Shown here: piece by piece, positions 23,828-36,634 of the stretch | How the letters are laid out: every line of letters starts with the position of its first letter | Position numbering within the stretch: position 1 is the stretch's first letter | From: Prasinococcaceae sp. CCMP 1430 | Taxonomy: Eukaryota; Plantae; Prasinodermophyta | Reading direction: 5' to 3' | Length of the DNA stretch: 64,000 nt | NCBI GenBank assembly: GCA_013416795.1 | Contig: RQSC01000858.1 | Coordinates: forward strand, 47,718 to 111,717 | The notes under the pieces: generated by a model | What the model saw: the letters and a program-made list of their open reading frames with translations, nothing else | The model's database searches: none | What the model was told of the DNA's origin: nothing | Made by a program: the position numbers and the translations under genes

Positions 23828-23839
23828 GCACACACACAC

Positions 23840-23897
<58 letters not shown>
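23828..23897. repeat. (CA)n microsatellite
   Basis: Directly visible. Confidence 0.95.
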
Positions 23898-23899
<2 letters not shown>

Positions 23900-25474
23900 G
23901 CGAGGGCCCTCTCGCGCGCGCGCGCGCGCGCGCGCCCGCCCTTGCGCCGGCGTTTTTCGCATGCGTTTTGATGGCGAATGCGCGCGCGGCGGGCCCGGGG
24001 ATCGGTGTGTGTGGCCCTGAGCGGCCCTATCCGCGCCGCGCCGCCGCGCCGCTTTTTTTTGGTGGTTGCGCGCGCGCCAACCCGAACCGGCGACGGGCGG
24101 AAGGGGAGGCCAAAACGAACGGAGGCGGGGCGGGGGTGGAAACCCTCGAGGCGGTGCGAACCTCAACTCGCGCGCGCCGGCGACCGCACGCCCTCGACGC
24201 GCGGCGCGCGGCGGGGCGGCGCGGACGTTGCCGCGCGGGAATTCGATCCCGATCCGGAGCACGCACCGTGCGCGCGCGGCCGCGGGTGGCGCGAGCGCGG
24301 GATTTGGCGATTTGAACGCAATGCGGGAAAATCAATTGTGCCGACTTTGCTCCGGTTTGCGGCAAATTTTCTGCGGCCTTTGAATAGATGTGTCAAAACA
24401 CTTGGAGCTGGCGCCGGCGCATCTTGCGCCGCGCACGGCGGCGCCGTACGAAATCGTCCTCGAAGGCGATGAGGAGGCGGTGCAGGATGGCGCCATGCCG
24501 GGGGATGAGTGCGCGCAGAAGAGTTGTGGGCACTCGTAGTGCGTTGCACGCTTGCGCGCGTCAGGAAGCTCACCAGTGGAAGTGCGCCATGGAGAGACTC
24601 TGCTCGTTTGCATGGTGCTCTGGACGTCAAGCAGTACGTGCAGCGCGGGTCGGCGGCAGTGAGTTGCCCCGTGGTGATCGAGTGGCCGGACGGGGAGTCC
24701 TACGCCGGGCAAGTTGTGCGGGTGATCTACGATTGTGCACCGTACACAGTCGAGAATAGGGTCGGTGGCAAGGACGGGTCGTCTAAGCGTGTTAGTTGTG
24801 TGCACACATACATACACCCACACCACCCACCCTCCGTCCCTGTCCCGCATCTCCCTGACCCCCCTCCTCGTCACCACCGTTCACCATCCTCATACCCCTC
24901 CCCCTCACCACCCTTCCCCCGACCACCCCCCTCAACCCTCTCTCCCCTCACCCCCCTTGCTCACCCCCCTCCCTTACCCCCCTCCTCCTCTGGCCTCGAA
25001 GGACGCCGAGAGATACGAGTTCATCGAGCGCACATGGCGCACGCTTGCCCGCGCGGCCGCGCTACGAAACGCCACCGCGAGGAGCCTTCGCCCCCCGCCG
25101 CGCGCCCGAAACGCCGCGACGACCGGACCTCCTCCTTCAAATCACCAAATGATATATAATCTACCCACGGGCGACTACTTCCGTGTTTTTTTTTTGCTTG
25201 TCACCAATACGCGATTTCGCCTTGTGCAGAGTACTAACGAAAAGAAAAGGAAAAGGAAAAAGAAAAAGATCAAAAAATGAAGCAGACGACCGGAGACGAA
25301 GGGGAGACGAAGGGGCACGCTGCTGCGGCGCGGCGCTGCTGCGGCGCGGCGCGGCGTCCGGCACGGGCGAGGCAAGGGGGTGGGCGGTGGGGGAGCGGGC
25401 GGCGAAGGGCGCGAGAGGGAGAAACGAGGGCAGCTGCGACGTTCGCTCAGATCGAACGGAGCGAGCGGGCGCTN

Positions 25475-28400
25475 GGCGCTCGGCGACGACGCGCCCGGCT
25501 GCGGCGCCAACTCCGGCGTGGCAGCGTGTCGGAGCGCGTCCGCCGCGCTCGCTGCCGCGCGCGCCGCCGCAGCGGTCAACGCGCGCTCGCACGTCGTGCT
25601 GAAGGTCATCCTCGCGGCAGGCACGTACTCTGGGGCCGCCAACGCCGACATCGTCGTGCACGAGGATGCCACCTTCGAGGCGGAGGGCTACGACGCGGCG
25701 GAGTCCGCGCGCGCAAGTAGCTCGCCAAGGGTGACGTTTGCGCTGGCCGGCTCGGCCAGGGCCTTCGCCGTGCATCCGCCTCCAGACGCGCCCGCCGCGT
25801 TGCATCCGTTCGACTGCCCGCAAGCGGCGTTGCGCCTGCGCGGCATCGCCATCGCGGGCGGCTACGCGCTCGGCTCGGGCGGCGCGGTCCACTGCACGCG
25901 CGCGGCCGTCGATGCCGAGGACACGCATTTCTACGCCAATGTGGCGATGGGCGCTGGCGGTGCGATTCACGCCGAGGGTTGCAGCGTGAGCCTCTCGCGC
26001 GTCGTGCTCTCGGGCAACGTAGCGGCAGTGGCGGGAGGCGCGCTCTCGCTGCGGCCGCTGTACGGCTCGCGCCTTGTGCGCGCGGTCGACGCGCGCGTGG
26101 CCAACAACAGCGCGGCGATGGGCGGAGGGTTCGCAATTACCGACCCCGACTGCATGCACGCCAGCACGCGGCTGCGCAAGGCCGAAGAAGCGGCGATGCT
26201 CGCGGCGCGCGGTGCCGGTGCTCCTGCCGACGCACTGTCGGCCCTCGCAGGCCTCTACAGCGGAGCGCACACGCGCTGCGCCCAGGTGGTTGGAGGCACC
26301 GACGAGGGCACGATGCACCCGCAGATGCTCGTACGCGGGGGTGAGGATAGCGGTGTGTGGCTCGGCTCTGTGCCCGGATGGGGTCCTGGCGCGCCCGCCG
26401 CCAACGTGAGCATCGCCCTCACACCGATCGGCGAGTGTGCCATTTCACCCTCGACCGCCGTTGAGCAAGGCAGCCACAGCGTCGCGCCCTCCTCCGCCGC
26501 GGGCGAGCTTGAGGGCCATGGCAGTGCCGATGCTGCCGCCACCACTGTCGGCAATGCGAGCGATGCCATCGCCGCCGAGAGTGCAATGTACGACTTTGAA
26601 ATTATGCGCACGACCTTCGACGGCAACGCCGCGGCAGTTGCCGGCGGCGCCATATTCATGCCACTCTTCGCGAGCGTGGCGGCGCTGCGACTGACGCCCT
26701 CTGTGACCGGCGCGACATTCGTGCGTAACGTCGTGGCAAGCGCTGCAAAGGGTGGCTCGCTCGAGCAAAAGCTGCGCGAGAGCCTCGAGGTCGCACGCGC
26801 CCACGCCAACGCCAGCGGCAACTCCGACGACGACGCGATGGTGCTCGCGATTGCACACACGGCTTTGCGAGCGGCGGTTCGAGTCGTACTCAAGGCGGAT
26901 GGCTCGAGCAGCGAAGAGAGGTGCGCACGCGCATGCGCTCTGCACGCACTCGTACAAACGCGCACGCGCCACTGCTGACGCGCCACTGCTCTCCTGACGC
27001 CACACGCACACGCGGACGCATCGGGCGTCGAGGAGCAGCGGAGCGGCAACCGCCAACAGTATCATCGGTGGCGACGCCGAAAGCGCAGGCGGCGAAGAGG
27101 GCATCGACGCGTCGCCTTGCGAGGGCCTTCCAGCAGGTGGCGGTGCAGTGGCTGCGGCGTACACCTCTCGCTTGCGTTTCGAGTCGTGCGCCTTCGATGC
27201 CAACGCGATCGCGCCCGACTGGGAGGATGGCGCATCGATGCTTGCACGCGTGAGTGACCCCCGCGAGCGCTTCGCACCAGGCCTGGAGGAGGTCACAGGC
27301 GCTTTGGCGGCTGCGTACGCTGGCGGTGGCGCCATCGCGATCGGGGAGGGGAGGCGCATTCCTGCGGCGTGGGAGAACAGCCTGGCGTGTGCGGAGTGGG
27401 ATCCCACAGAATATAGGTGAGCGCGATGACAGGAGCAATCGCGCGCAGCACGCACTGACCGCATGCTGCACTCCTCGCTCGAGTGCTTGCGCGCACGCGC
27501 TTCTGACGCACACCCGCGTTCCCACCCACGTCCGCCGTGCCTGCTCTTCCCCCCGACCCCATCGTTTCGTGCGTCTGACTGGTGTGCCATGGCACGCGCT
27601 GCAGGGTCGAAGTCGTCGGCTGCGCGCTGGCGAACAACGACGGCGGTGCTCGAGGCGGCGCCATACACCTCATGAGCGCGCGAGCGGCCATCCGCGAGTG
27701 CTACGTGGCAACTAATGCTGCTCGTTGGGGGGCGGGAATCTTCGTCGGAGCACGTGCGCGGCACGGCGCGCCCGAGCTCGCGCGCACGGCCTTCGTGGCA
27801 AACCATGCGCCCAGCGGCGGCCACGCTGCATTTTGGCTCGCGGGACTCTCCCGACACTCGTCATCCGCATTTGAGGACGCGCCAGGAGGACACATCCATC
27901 CGCACGAACCGGTGGAATACGACCTCGCGCGCGAGGCGCGTGCTGCTGGCTGCTTCGCGCGTGCCACGCTCGGGGGTGACCTGCTCGATATTGGCGCGCA
28001 CATCTCCACCGAGGCACTGAGCGTGGCGCTGTCTGTGGAGACAGGCGGTGCCTCGGCCCCAGGTGACGATGGGTCTACGGGGGTCGATGACGTCCCTAGC
28101 ACCAGTGTAGTCATCGTCGCGGAGGCCCCTGTGCGCGAGCCCGCGCGTGGAGCTGGGGCGAGCCCTGGGACCGCGGCCACCGATGCGAGCAGCTCAAGCG
28201 ACGCGGGCGACGCGCTGGTCATACACGCGCGTGTGCGAATCCACTTTCTGGATGCCTACGGCGCGCGCAAGCCAGCGCCGGCGAGCGCGCGATGTCACAT
28301 CGGCGTGTACGAACGGGACAGCGTGGGCCTGCATAGCGGCGCGACAGGCTGCGCGCTCGCATCTGACGGCGCGGCGTTTGCCGCACCAGGATGGGCGTAC

Positions 28401-31316
28401 GCGTCTGGCGAGGCGCCCGCGCATACGGTGCCATCGACGGCCGAGGCCACGCACGTGGTACTCGCCGGTGGTGACATCTACCCTGCGACCTCCACGCGGC
28501 CCCTCGGTGCCAATGACAGCGCCGCAGTTCTCGGCGGAGGTGCACTGCTGATTGGAGGGTGGGCGCTCGGCGCTTCTCTGCCTTTCGGTGTGAGTTGCTA
28601 CGAGGAGGCGACGCTATCTGCATGCAAGTGGGGGCGTCCAGGTCTGTACGCGCGGCGTGGGTGCTGCTTCCGCTGCGCGGCGAGCCAGGGCGCCTGCGCC
28701 GAGCTCGAGGTGTCACAGAGTCTACCGCCCGCGCGGCTGGAGGTGCAGATCCCCCCACGCTGCCCTCCTGGATCCGCGCCCGCGCATGGGGGTTGCACGG
28801 CGTGCGCAGCGGGCACATATTCGTGGCACGGCGAAGAGTGCCTGCCGTGCCCCGGGACCTACGAGGACGGCGTGTTATGCCCAGGCGGCCAGAATCTGGT
28901 GCACACGCGCGGGTACTGGCGCGCATCGGACCTGTCAGCGCATGTAGTGCGCTGCCCACTGCGTGCCGCGTGCCGCGGCTGCAATGCCTCTGTGCCGTGC
29001 AGCGCAGACGATGCGGTGCTGCTCGCACGGCAACCGTGCGAGGATGGTTACGAGGGGCCAGTGTGCGGTATCTGCGCCGCCGGCTACTACCGCGCTTCGG
29101 GTGCGTGCTTACGCTGCCCCGGGAGCGCGGGGGCGCGGCGCCTGTTCGTAGCTGCCGTTGTGTTGGGCGTGCTGGGGGCCAGCGGGGTGTGCTTCGTGCT
29201 GCCGCTCACGCCCACGCCAGGGGAGGGGTACCCCACTGTGAAGCTCAAGATCCTGCTCAGCCTGCTGCAGGTCGCCGCACAGCTCGCAGCGTATGACGTG
29301 CCGTGGCCTGCCAATGTGCTGCGCAGCCTCGAGGCCTTCACGGTCGCGAATCTGGACATCGAGGTCGCCCGTCCGGGTTGCCTCCGGGATGACGGTTCCA
29401 CAGAGAGGGGGAGCATATTCCTGTCGATGTACCGCACCACTATGGCACTGCCCGTTGGCGTCGTGCTCCCGCTCTTGGCAGTGGTCGCGCTGAACAGGCG
29501 TCGCGCGCGCGGGCGCGCGCGCGAAGCACCGGAGCTGCAAAGCACGCACGATGATCGCGAGCTCGAGTATCCCGTGCACGGGCGCGTGCTCGAACAGCCG
29601 CTGCCGCAGGAGGGAGCTTGTGCACACGCTCCCGGCCCAAACTGCGACTTGGGCGAGCTCCCGGCGTGCAAGGACACGGAGCAGCGCGCCACCGTCGCAT
29701 GCGCGGGCGTTGAGCTAAGCGAGCGGGCGCGCGAGCGGGCACTCAAGATGCGCGCTGGCATGCGTGCCCTGTACCTCAGCATGGCGCCCACGGCGGATGA
29801 TGAGCGCGTCACGGAACCGGACGAGAGCATGTCCGGTCACGAGCACGCGAACTCGGGGGCGCGCGCCCAGCCGGCGGCCATAACTGTCTCGGTGAGCGTT
29901 CCTCGTGCGATGCCTTCGGGTGACAACGCTCCCACGCCCCACGCTAGCGCACAAGCGCAGGCCAAGCAAACTTCGCCGACTGAGCATTGCCCCACGAGGG
30001 CAAAGGCCGAGGCCTTGGCTGCAGAGGTGGATCCGAGCGAGCCTGTCAATGTCGCTGTCGAGTCTGAGTGCACATCCATGCATGCCTTTGGCAGCAGCGA
30101 AAATGAGGCAGGGAGCAGCGGCTGCGCCTCGGAAGGAGGCGGTGCTGGGAGCGACAGCAGAGGCAGCGGCAGCGACATCGGGGACGAACAATTGGCGCGC
30201 AACAGCGCAGACGGACATGCGCCATGCTGCAGCGAGGATGCATCTCTCGCTCCAACGGAGCCTTTGAGCGACCTCGAGGTGCGCTGCTGGCGCCTTGCTT
30301 TCCAAGCGATTTCCATGCTCTACATGACTACTTGCCGGCGTGCCCTGATGCTGTACAGCTACCACACGCTCGAGGTGGGCACCTTCTTGCGGGCGGACTA
30401 CAGCGTGATGGTTGCTAAGGCGGAGGCGGCGGCAGGCACTCTCGCAGCGGAGGCGCTCAATCGGGGCACAGCAGGCGCGCCATCGCTCCCAGCGCTTGAC
30501 GCGGTCCGCACCGCTCCCGACCAGTACGCGCCGTACTTCGCCGCAGGCTTCGTGATTCTGCCCTTTTACGCCTTTGGCATTCCCGCGCTCTTTGCAGGCG
30601 TCCTTTACTACCACAGGCACGAGCTTGACGCGCTGCACGTGCAGCAGCGCTACGGCTTCCTCATTCAGGGCTATCACCTGGAGGGCGGCTCCCAGTACTG
30701 GGAGGTCGTGGAAATGCTGCGCAAGCTGCTGATGGCCACGCTGGCAGTGGTGCCGATGACGGGCACCATGCAGTGCTTCGCCGGCGAGCTGGTCACCATC
30801 GTATTCCTCACGGTGCACGCGCTGCGCCAGCCCTTCGTCACCCGCATGGACAACAATCTGCAGACGTGCGCACTGGCGCTGGTCGGGCTCTACCTGCTCA
30901 TCGGCCTCGTGCAGTGCTCGCAAAATTCTGAAGGCACGCTGACGGCGCGTTCGATGGGGATGGTCATGCTCATCACCATCGGCAGCTTCATGGCGCTGCT
31001 GGCGACCATTGTGTTCCATCTGGTCAGGCACAAGCTCGTGCGCGGCGTGGCGAGTGCCGCCACCGCCGCCACCAGGCGCGTGCGCGACGTGACCAAGCGC
31101 GTGAGCCTCGGCGCGCTCGGCGCGGCTGCCGGCCGCGGCGGGCGCGCGCGCACGTCGCACGGGGAATGCGGCAGGCCCGGTAGCCGGCAACGCGCACGCC
31201 GCCGCGCCACACGCGCGTGCTCTGCCGCGCACACATGCGCACACGCTGGACGCACACCTGCGTGCAGGCCAGGCAGCTCGCACTCACGCACCGGGCGACG
31301 TGCGGGTGCTGCGTGA
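25475..31316 (+). CDS. Large surface protein: GGA(I/L/V)+FxxN beta-helix repeats, Cys-rich region, multi-pass TM domain; introns 26921-27032 and 27417-27604; 5' end broken at N 25474
   Basis: Repeated GGAV/GGAI with FYAN, FDGN, FVRN; CxxC..CP.G motifs; LKIL..LQV, YGFL..GY, YWEVVEMLRK TM signatures; both introns are phase 2 and restore frame. Confidence 0.82.
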
Positions 31317-31407
31317 GGTGATCCGCGAGGCGCGCGTGTCCTCACGCGAGGTGGCGCTCGAGAGGACCGTCGCGCGTGGTCAGGTGCCCGGGTTCGCACA
31401 CGACGAG

Positions 31408-33409
31408 ATGGGGGCAGCGCGCCAGGTGCTGCCGGCCATCGACATCAGAGGAACAGGTATGCATGCGCAGACACGCACTCGCCTGCGCCTGCGCACATCA
31501 TGGTGCGCAAATGCGCGCTGTGTGCTCCGTGCGAGCAAGCGGGGCGAATTCGACTCTCCAGCTGACACGCCCGCACGCGCCCACACGGCACGCGCACGCG
31601 CGTTCGTGCTCCCAGCCCTCGGCATCCCTGTGAAGGACTGCGCCACTGTCCACTCTTCAAGCACATTCGCTTCGAGACTGATGCCACCGATATCATCAAA
31701 CCCACAGCAGCAGCGGCACAGCACCACGTCCCCCATGATGTGCCTGCCCTTCATGGCCGACTGGGACGACGAGCATTGCCTCGAGAAGGGCCCTTCGCAC
31801 GTCGTGACCACCGCCTGTCCGCAGCGCATGAGACGCGCGGGGGCGTGGACCGCCACCGACTTCGAGCTGGGGCGCTCCATTGGCAGCGGAAAGGCGTCCA
31901 ACGTCTACAAGGCGACTTGCCTTCTGTCGGGCTGCGTAGTCGCCGTCAAGGTGTACCACAAGGTCCGGGCTGGCACGTGCATACGCGTCGCTGTGTCCGC
32001 ATGAGTGCATGCATGGGCCTGCGCGTGTGCGTGACCTTGCGTGTTGATTTCGTGTGTGCTTCACATGTTGCTGACGGAGTCGGACGGTCGCTCTCAACTT
32101 TGTCCTGGCGCAACCAGGCACGTCTGAGCTTAATGAACGAGCAGCAGATCCAGCGCGAGGTGCGCATTCACAGCTCGCTCCGCCACCCCAACATCGTCAA
32201 GTTGTATGCGGCTTTCGAGGACGCGGTCGGCGTTTACTTGGTGCTCGAGTACTGCCCTCGCGGCGACTGGTTCCAGGAGATGCGTCGCATGCCTGGCGGC
32301 CGCCTCTCCGAGCAGAAGGCGGCCACAGAGGTGGTCGAGCCCATCCTGCGCGCCCTACAATACCTGCACTCGCGCGGCGTGTGCCACCGAGACGTCAAGC
32401 CTGAAAACATTCTCATCGGCCAAGGCGGCGTGCCGCTCCTTGCAGACTTTGGGCTGAGCATCGATGTCACCGCTGAGAGGCCCTGCACGCGCCTGGGAAC
32501 CCTCGACTACATGTGCGTGCGATGCGCTGGAGCAGCGCGGGAGCGCGCACAATCTCGCGCTCGTGCAGCCGTTGGCGCTGACCGACCTCGCCTTCATTCG
32601 CTCGTGTGCGCACGCGCGGGGGCAGGGCGCCAGAAACGCTTTGCTGCCCCGACAAGCTGCTTGTTGAAGACGAGCGCGGTGTGACGAGCGTGCGCACGGC
32701 GCCCAATGTGGTGCCTTACACAAATGCGGTCGACGCGTGGGCAATGGCAGTGCTCACATACGAGCTGGTGGTGGGCCGCCCGCCCTTCAACGGCGGAAAC
32801 AAGCAAGCCACCGTGCGCCTCATCGTCGACAGCCGCTACAACGTGCCGCCATGCGTCAGCCAATGCTGCGCCAACCTCATCGAGACAGGCCTCGAGCAGG
32901 GCGCGGAGCGCCGTGCGAGCATCGACTGGTTCCTGCAACACCCGTGGGTCACACGCCGCGCTGGACAGCCCTGCATGGAACCTGATGCTGCCGCCACAAA
33001 GAGGACTATCGGGGCTGGACTGTCGCCCGTGCGCCCCGCATTCGCCGCGAAGAAGCGCGAGGGCTCCAACGGCAGCGACTCGGTTTCGCGCGCCTCGGAC
33101 GACTACTGCGCCGATAGCCCCAAGTCGACACTTTCGAGCATCTCACTGCGCACCGTTCAGTGTGACCTCAAGAGCGGCGGTGACAAGGCGGGCGGCACTC
33201 GGTCGCCGACGTCCGTGCCGAGCTCGCCCAACAAGAGCTCGCCGAGACGCACGCGCTCGCTGCGAACGGCGCTCTTCGGCACTCGCCAGCCGCTCGCACA
33301 GACGACGACGTACGACAGAGAGGCGCTCGCGTCGCCCAAGGCGACCTCGGCGTCAGTCCCCGGGTGCGGCATCTGCACGTCGCAGCCGAGGACGCTGTCA
33401 CCTCGCTAA
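31408..33409 (+). CDS. Aurora-like Ser/Thr kinase; introns 31457-31615, 31963-32117, 32513-32625; may be the C-terminus of the upstream gene
   Basis: DFELGRSIGSG, VAVK, REVRIHSSLRHPNI, HRDVKPEN, LADFG, TRLGTLDY|MAPE, VDAW; TGTAA at ~33430. Confidence 0.9.
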
Positions 33410-33757
33410 GCAAGCGAGAACGATTGGTTTGTAAACTCTGTTGATTGATACAACCAGATGCAAGCGACAAACAAGGCAGCTTTCTCTTACGGCAACGGTC
33501 GCAACTGGAGCGCGCTGACGCTGTGTGGGCTTGTCTGGAGACTATCATGAGCTGCGCTGCAGCGGTGGGCGAGGCGATGCGTGTCGCGGTAAAGCACTTT
33601 CCTTGCTCGCCCGCGCGTGCGCGAGTCGGGTCCTGAATGCAGTCGTGTTGTCTTGAACGCCGCTGCATGCCAACGATATACAGTATCTTTTCATCCTTCT
33701 CGAGTCGCCTCTCCCGCGCGTGTGAGTCTTCACCAGATCCTTGGCTCGGCGATGTCG

Positions 33758-35064
33758 TCACAGGAAGCTCCCAGTGAAAGGATCGGACGATGCGCTGGCG
33801 GTAGTGCTCTGCTGAGCATATGGCACCTGCTGTGGAGACTGCGACTGCTGCGGGGCCTGCGGGTATACAGGCGAGGTTGGACCGAATGGCCGCGGGTCCG
33901 GCGGTGACCTCTGTGCTTGTCCCATCACCGCAAGTGGGTCGACACCCTTGCTGTCGGGGGCGAAGAGGTGCTTCTGTCCGGCCGTCATGCCAGGCTTCAT
34001 TGCGCGCCGCCCCATCATCCCCGAGCTCTTTTCTGGGCTACGGCCACTCCCGTCAAAAGTTGTGCCGAGATCAAGGCGCACAAGACTGGCCGACGCGTCG
34101 TCGAGCCCGATGTGCTTTTTCAACATGTCTTTTGACGACTCACTAGCCTCCATCTCCGACAGGCCCGGGAAACTTGAAATTGATCCCTTCTGAATCACGG
34201 GTGTCTCTACCTGCAAACCGCCGAAAGGATCGTTCTCCATGAGCGCCTGCTGAGGTGCTGGGGGGGCTTGCAGGCCTCCAAGGTTGGCGACGCCCGTGCT
34301 GGCGCCAGCGGGTGCCGGTGCCCCCCCTCTTGCCTCGAGTGACGCGATGACCGGCACAGCGGAGCCGCCTGCGGGGGGAAATGGAGCGATTCCGGCTGCC
34401 GGCATCGCTGCTGCTGCAGCTGGAGCCGGGGGCGCCTGGTTGAATCCGAATGGGTCGGGCGACGGTGTCGATCCTGGTGCGGGCGGTGGGGCCAACACTC
34501 CGGCGAGCTCGGCCAGGGCCGGGTCAGACGCAGGCTTGCGCGGCGTGCGCGATTTAGGGGCGGCGAGGGGCTTGATCTCCACTTTAGGAAAGTTTCGCTT
34601 GCGCTGGGGAATTGCAGCGAAGGGGTCCATCTGTTGCGACTGATCCAGCGACGCGTCCTCCTCCGGCTCACCAAAGGGGTTGGTGCCCGTCCTCATTCCA
34701 GCGCCTCCAAGGGAGGAATCGTGCGCGGCCGAGCTCGGGTGCGAGCCAGCTGCGCTGCCGAAGTCGCCGCTGGATATGGCGGCGCCCGGGTCACTCGGAC
34801 GCGATGCAGACGTCCCAAAGGTGTCGGCTCCGAAGCCAACAGCCGTGGTCGCCGGTCCGTTGGGCTCAAACGGTTGCTCCCCCCCGAAGCCGCCGCCACC
34901 GTATCCTTCGGTGGTGTTGAAGGCTGCAGCGCCGGCATTGAAAGAGTCGCCTGCTCCGAAGCCTTGGGTGGATGTGGTAGCATCGCCAGCTGAGGGGTTG
35001 AAGGCTGAGTCACCGAAAGCGTGCTCGTGCTGGTCGAATGCCGCTGCCGGCGCACCAAAGCCTA

Positions 35065-35111
<47 letters not shown>

Positions 35112-35671
35112 GCATCCCCAGTCGACGCGCTGCCCATTGAGGCAGCCGAGGTCTCGAAGTTGCGCGCGGTCGCCGCAACCTTGGCGCGTTCCGCGTGCAG
35201 TAGCTGCTCGTCGGTCACAAGATCGGCGACGCGTTGGGCTCTGGTGCGCACTACACGTCCCTCGTCCTTAAGGGTGATCGGATCCACGAAGGCAAAATTC
35301 GCTGCCAGGTCCTTGAACTTGAAGGAACGACGCTGCACGTCTGCGGCCAGCTGGAGGGGCGCGCGCAAAAGGCAGTACTCGAGCACGATGAGCGCCTTGT
35401 GGACCTTCCGAAAGTTTTCCGGCACGTCGTCGAGGCGCGTCCACAGCGTGTCCATTACCTGGGCGTATGCCTCCTGCACCTCTGGGGCGGCGTGCTGCAG
35501 GCCCTGAGGCCCATGCTGCGGCCCGATGCATTCGGAGATCGCCGCGCAGATCTCCGCCATCGCCGCGCCGTGCGGCCCCCATGGCTGCGAGCCCGTCGCT
35601 TCCTTGACCTTGGTGACGAGTGCGGGCTCCTTGGTGGCGGTCCGCTTGAAGCTCTTGTACGCGCTCTTCAT
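33758..35671 (-). CDS. Epsin/ENTH-domain protein
   Basis: KVKEATGSQPWGP, KVHKALIVLEY, DEGRVVRTRA; NPF/DPF motifs in a disordered tail. Confidence 0.9.
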
Positions 35672-35824
35672 GGCGTCGCGCGGGCGAGAGCGGCGGCGGT
35701 CCTTGCACGGGGCACGCAGGCGGCCGTAGTACGCACGACCTGCTCACAAAGAACCCTAACACGAACAGCCCCAACACCACGCCCAATCGAACAGACCTGG
35801 CCGGCGCGCGCGCCGCCGCCGCGG

Positions 35825-36543
35825 CTGGCGTCGAAGGACACCTCGCAGGCGCTCCGCAATGCCAAGCGCGCCGCTGCTGAGTCCGAGGCCATCGGCGCGG
35901 CCACGCTGCAGGCGCTGCAGGAGCAGGGCGAGACGCTCCGGCGCGCACATGGTCAGCTCGATGAGGTGCGACAAACAAGCCGCTGCCGCGCGCGCCCGGG
36001 CTGGCGGCTCTGCGGTGCGCTCGCGGCGCGCGTTGGATCGGGAGGAGGCTGACGCGTGCGCGGTGACACCCCGCGCAGGCTGGCGAGAACCTGTCGGCGT
36101 CGGAGAAGATACTCAAAAAGATGGGCGGCTGGTTCGCGTGCTGGAAGCCGGAGGCCTTGAGCACGAAAGGCGTGGGCGCGCGCAAGCGCTCGTACGTCAC
36201 TCCGGGCGTGAGCGCCGAGGCCAAGCGCACGGCGGAGGCCAAGGCCGCAGGCGACGCGGCAGTGAAGGCAGACGGCGGTGCCGTCAAGGCGAGCGAGGCC
36301 ACGGCGAAAATGAGCAACCAAGAGTTCTTCCAGGGCGGCGGCTACGAGGCCGAACGCGCACGCCAGGACAAAGACCTGGACGAGCTGTCGTCGATGGTGG
36401 GGAACTTGAAGAACCTCTCCACCGCGCTCGGCGCTGAGCTCGAGGCGCAGGACGCGCAGATCGAGGACCTGGGCTACGATGTGGAGGTCACTGGCACGCG
36501 CATAAAGGGCGCTGCGAGGCGCGCGGGGAAGCTCGCCAAGTAG
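35825..36543 (+). CDS. SNAP25/SNAP33-type Qbc-SNARE; intron 35966-36078; start codon unresolved
   Basis: Qb motif IGAATLQALQEQGETL and Qc motif QDKDLDELS..LGAELEAQDAQIEDL. Confidence 0.85.
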
Positions 36544-36634
36544 CACGCCCAAGAGTGTGGCCGGACGACTTGGGGCATATACAGTGACATTTTGTACATT
36601 CAGATTAGTCGTACTCCTCAGGAACCCCTCGCGG

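Noticed and set aside
27420-27510. Second C/D snoRNA (GCGATGA...CTGA)
   Set aside because: Non-canonical C box abutting the splice donor, no recognisable rRNA guide, and the CTGA hits equal branch-point motifs
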